Assembly (NCBI GenBank): GCA_905178155.1
Contig: CAJINV010000001.1
Span: forward strand, 3,983,706-4,047,705
Reading direction: 5' to 3'
DNA length: 64,000 nt
DNA from: Amoebophrya sp. A120
Taxonomy: Eukaryota; Protista; Dinoflagellata
The notes beneath the pieces are model-generated. The model did no database searches, was not told where the DNA came from, and worked only from the letters and a program-made list of their open reading frames with translations. This document shows, piece by piece, positions 63,001-64,000 of the stretch. The translations under genes and the position numbers were made by a program. The stretch's first letter is position 1; each line of letters starts with the position of its first letter.

Positions 63001-63428
63001 GCGCCACCGGGGAGACGCCGCAGTTTCGCATCGTGAAAACTGCCAACGGCGTGATCACGGAGCCAATTCTTCCTGGAGAAGCAGATTACCAAAACGCTTC
63101 CAACAAGCGGCCACGCGCGCCCTCATCCGGTCACCTCCAGGCAGGTGGTGTAGTGCTGCAGCAGTCACCCGCGCGGCGAAGGGAACGGGAAGAGCGCGAA
63201 GAGCGCGAAATTCGAGAGCGGGACCGAGAACGGGCTCGCGCGGAGAAGAAAAAGAAAAAAAACCACACGGACGAGGAACCCTCCAGGAAAACGAAGGAAA
63301 GGCGGAAAGACAAGGACCGCACTGCGACGTCTGCTGGACCACCGCCCACCATCGTCGCCGCAGCTGCTGCGCCCGGCACCGTCTGGATGCCGGCTGCGGA
63401 TCCAAACTTCGTCCCTCAGTTTCAATAA
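57006..63428 (+). CDS. Gly/Pro-rich multi-exon protein with N-terminal Yra1/ALYREF-like LDKSLEELI motif; two TIR introns
   Basis: Phase-consistent GT-AG introns (e.g. 59133-59392, 61117-62728) plus elements at 58493 and 59478; spliced reading PWTVYGRN-AAGEHFEIECYDGI|VISLP. Confidence 0.6.
58493..58774. mobile_element. Introner/MITE (family F), non-canonical intron
   Basis: TIR tatcctgtgtaaaaacgtccccacaccaga / tctggtgtgggtacgtttttactcaggata; DR acggc/gcggc (1 mismatch); removal gives KRPR-PVAGPDDLDFAEE. Confidence 0.88.
59478..60509. mobile_element. Introner/MITE family A with nested ~874-bp insert (59605-60478)
   Basis: tatcctgtgcaaaagtatcgtactcg ... ctagtgcgatacttttgcaatgcata; DR aaacg (59473-59477, 60510-60514). 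Confidence 0.88.
61418..62702. mobile_element. Degenerate TIR element inside a canonical intron, with a GATC-rich core (~61895-62235)
   Basis: gtggtccaattcccatgatgat..aaaaattttcgccc inverted against gggcgcgaaattttt..atcatcttgggaacttggaccac; flanked by cgaatt on both sides. Confidence 0.65.
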
Positions 63429-64000
63429 AACGAGGTTCGCGAAGAGATGTTGAAGTGACTCATACTAGAAACATTCACTCAGCATCTTCCGCTTGTCTAG
63501 GTAATTAGATCTGCAGGAGCTTTATTTTTCCCAGACATCGACATACGACCACGACGACGATCGAAGATGATAAAGTCCACGCTTTTTGCAGCTCGCTGTG
63601 GTCAATCCTGAACTTTTTCAAAGATTCAACCCAACTTAAGCATCTGACTTACTAACTTGTCTAGGGGCCACAGCTTCTTGTTGCCGGGCAACTGCCTGTT
63701 CTCGTACATTCCTACCGACGTCGCTAGTGCTCCAGTTGAGAGGTAGTTCCCCTCGTTCTTCTTTCGTTTTTACTGCGTCTTCTTTGCTGGTGGTTCCACG
63801 ACTATTAACCGAGGGGTGCTTTGTTGACCGCTTTGCTTCACCAGCATTTGAAAGCAATTATCCGGGTGGATGTATTGAGAGTGAGGGCCTTTCTTCATCA
63901 AATCCTAAAGTAAAAAAGACGACGCATGTTGCGAGCCTATATCGCTGAAAGACGGTGGTCTGTTGAGTATGATTCATGCGTGCTTTATGAAGACGAGGTC

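Overview
Gene-dense eukaryotic genomic DNA, most likely from an alveolate. Alveolate-type ATG8, unidirectional genes and inverted-repeat non-canonical introns point to an Amoebophrya-like syndinian dinoflagellate (inference). About 16 recognisable or plausible genes all lie on the + strand: pirin, tandem U-box protein, proteasome alpha-7, ALG9, RPC31-like, WW/J-like, ATG8, NAD(P)HX epimerase, CAF1/PARN-family nuclease, a SelM/Sep15-like selenoprotein with in-frame TGA, ATAT1, TRM13-like, SDR, SPATS1-like and two large low-complexity proteins. The main feature is a second intron class alongside ordinary GT-AG introns. Ten coding exons are interrupted by MITE-like elements with TAT...ATA terminal inverted repeats and 5-bp direct repeats. 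Removing the element plus one repeat restores the reading frame in all ten, and no frame-preserving register gives GT-AG. Two families occur in both orientations in sense-strand genes, and different families share an iterated internal TTGT(A/C/G)ATGC motif. The elements often occur as pairs around 30-55 nt micro-exons, and two copies carry unrelated ~0.9-kb inserts at exactly the same 5-bp site. No transposase is visible in the window. All exon models were read by eye and need RNA-seq confirmation.
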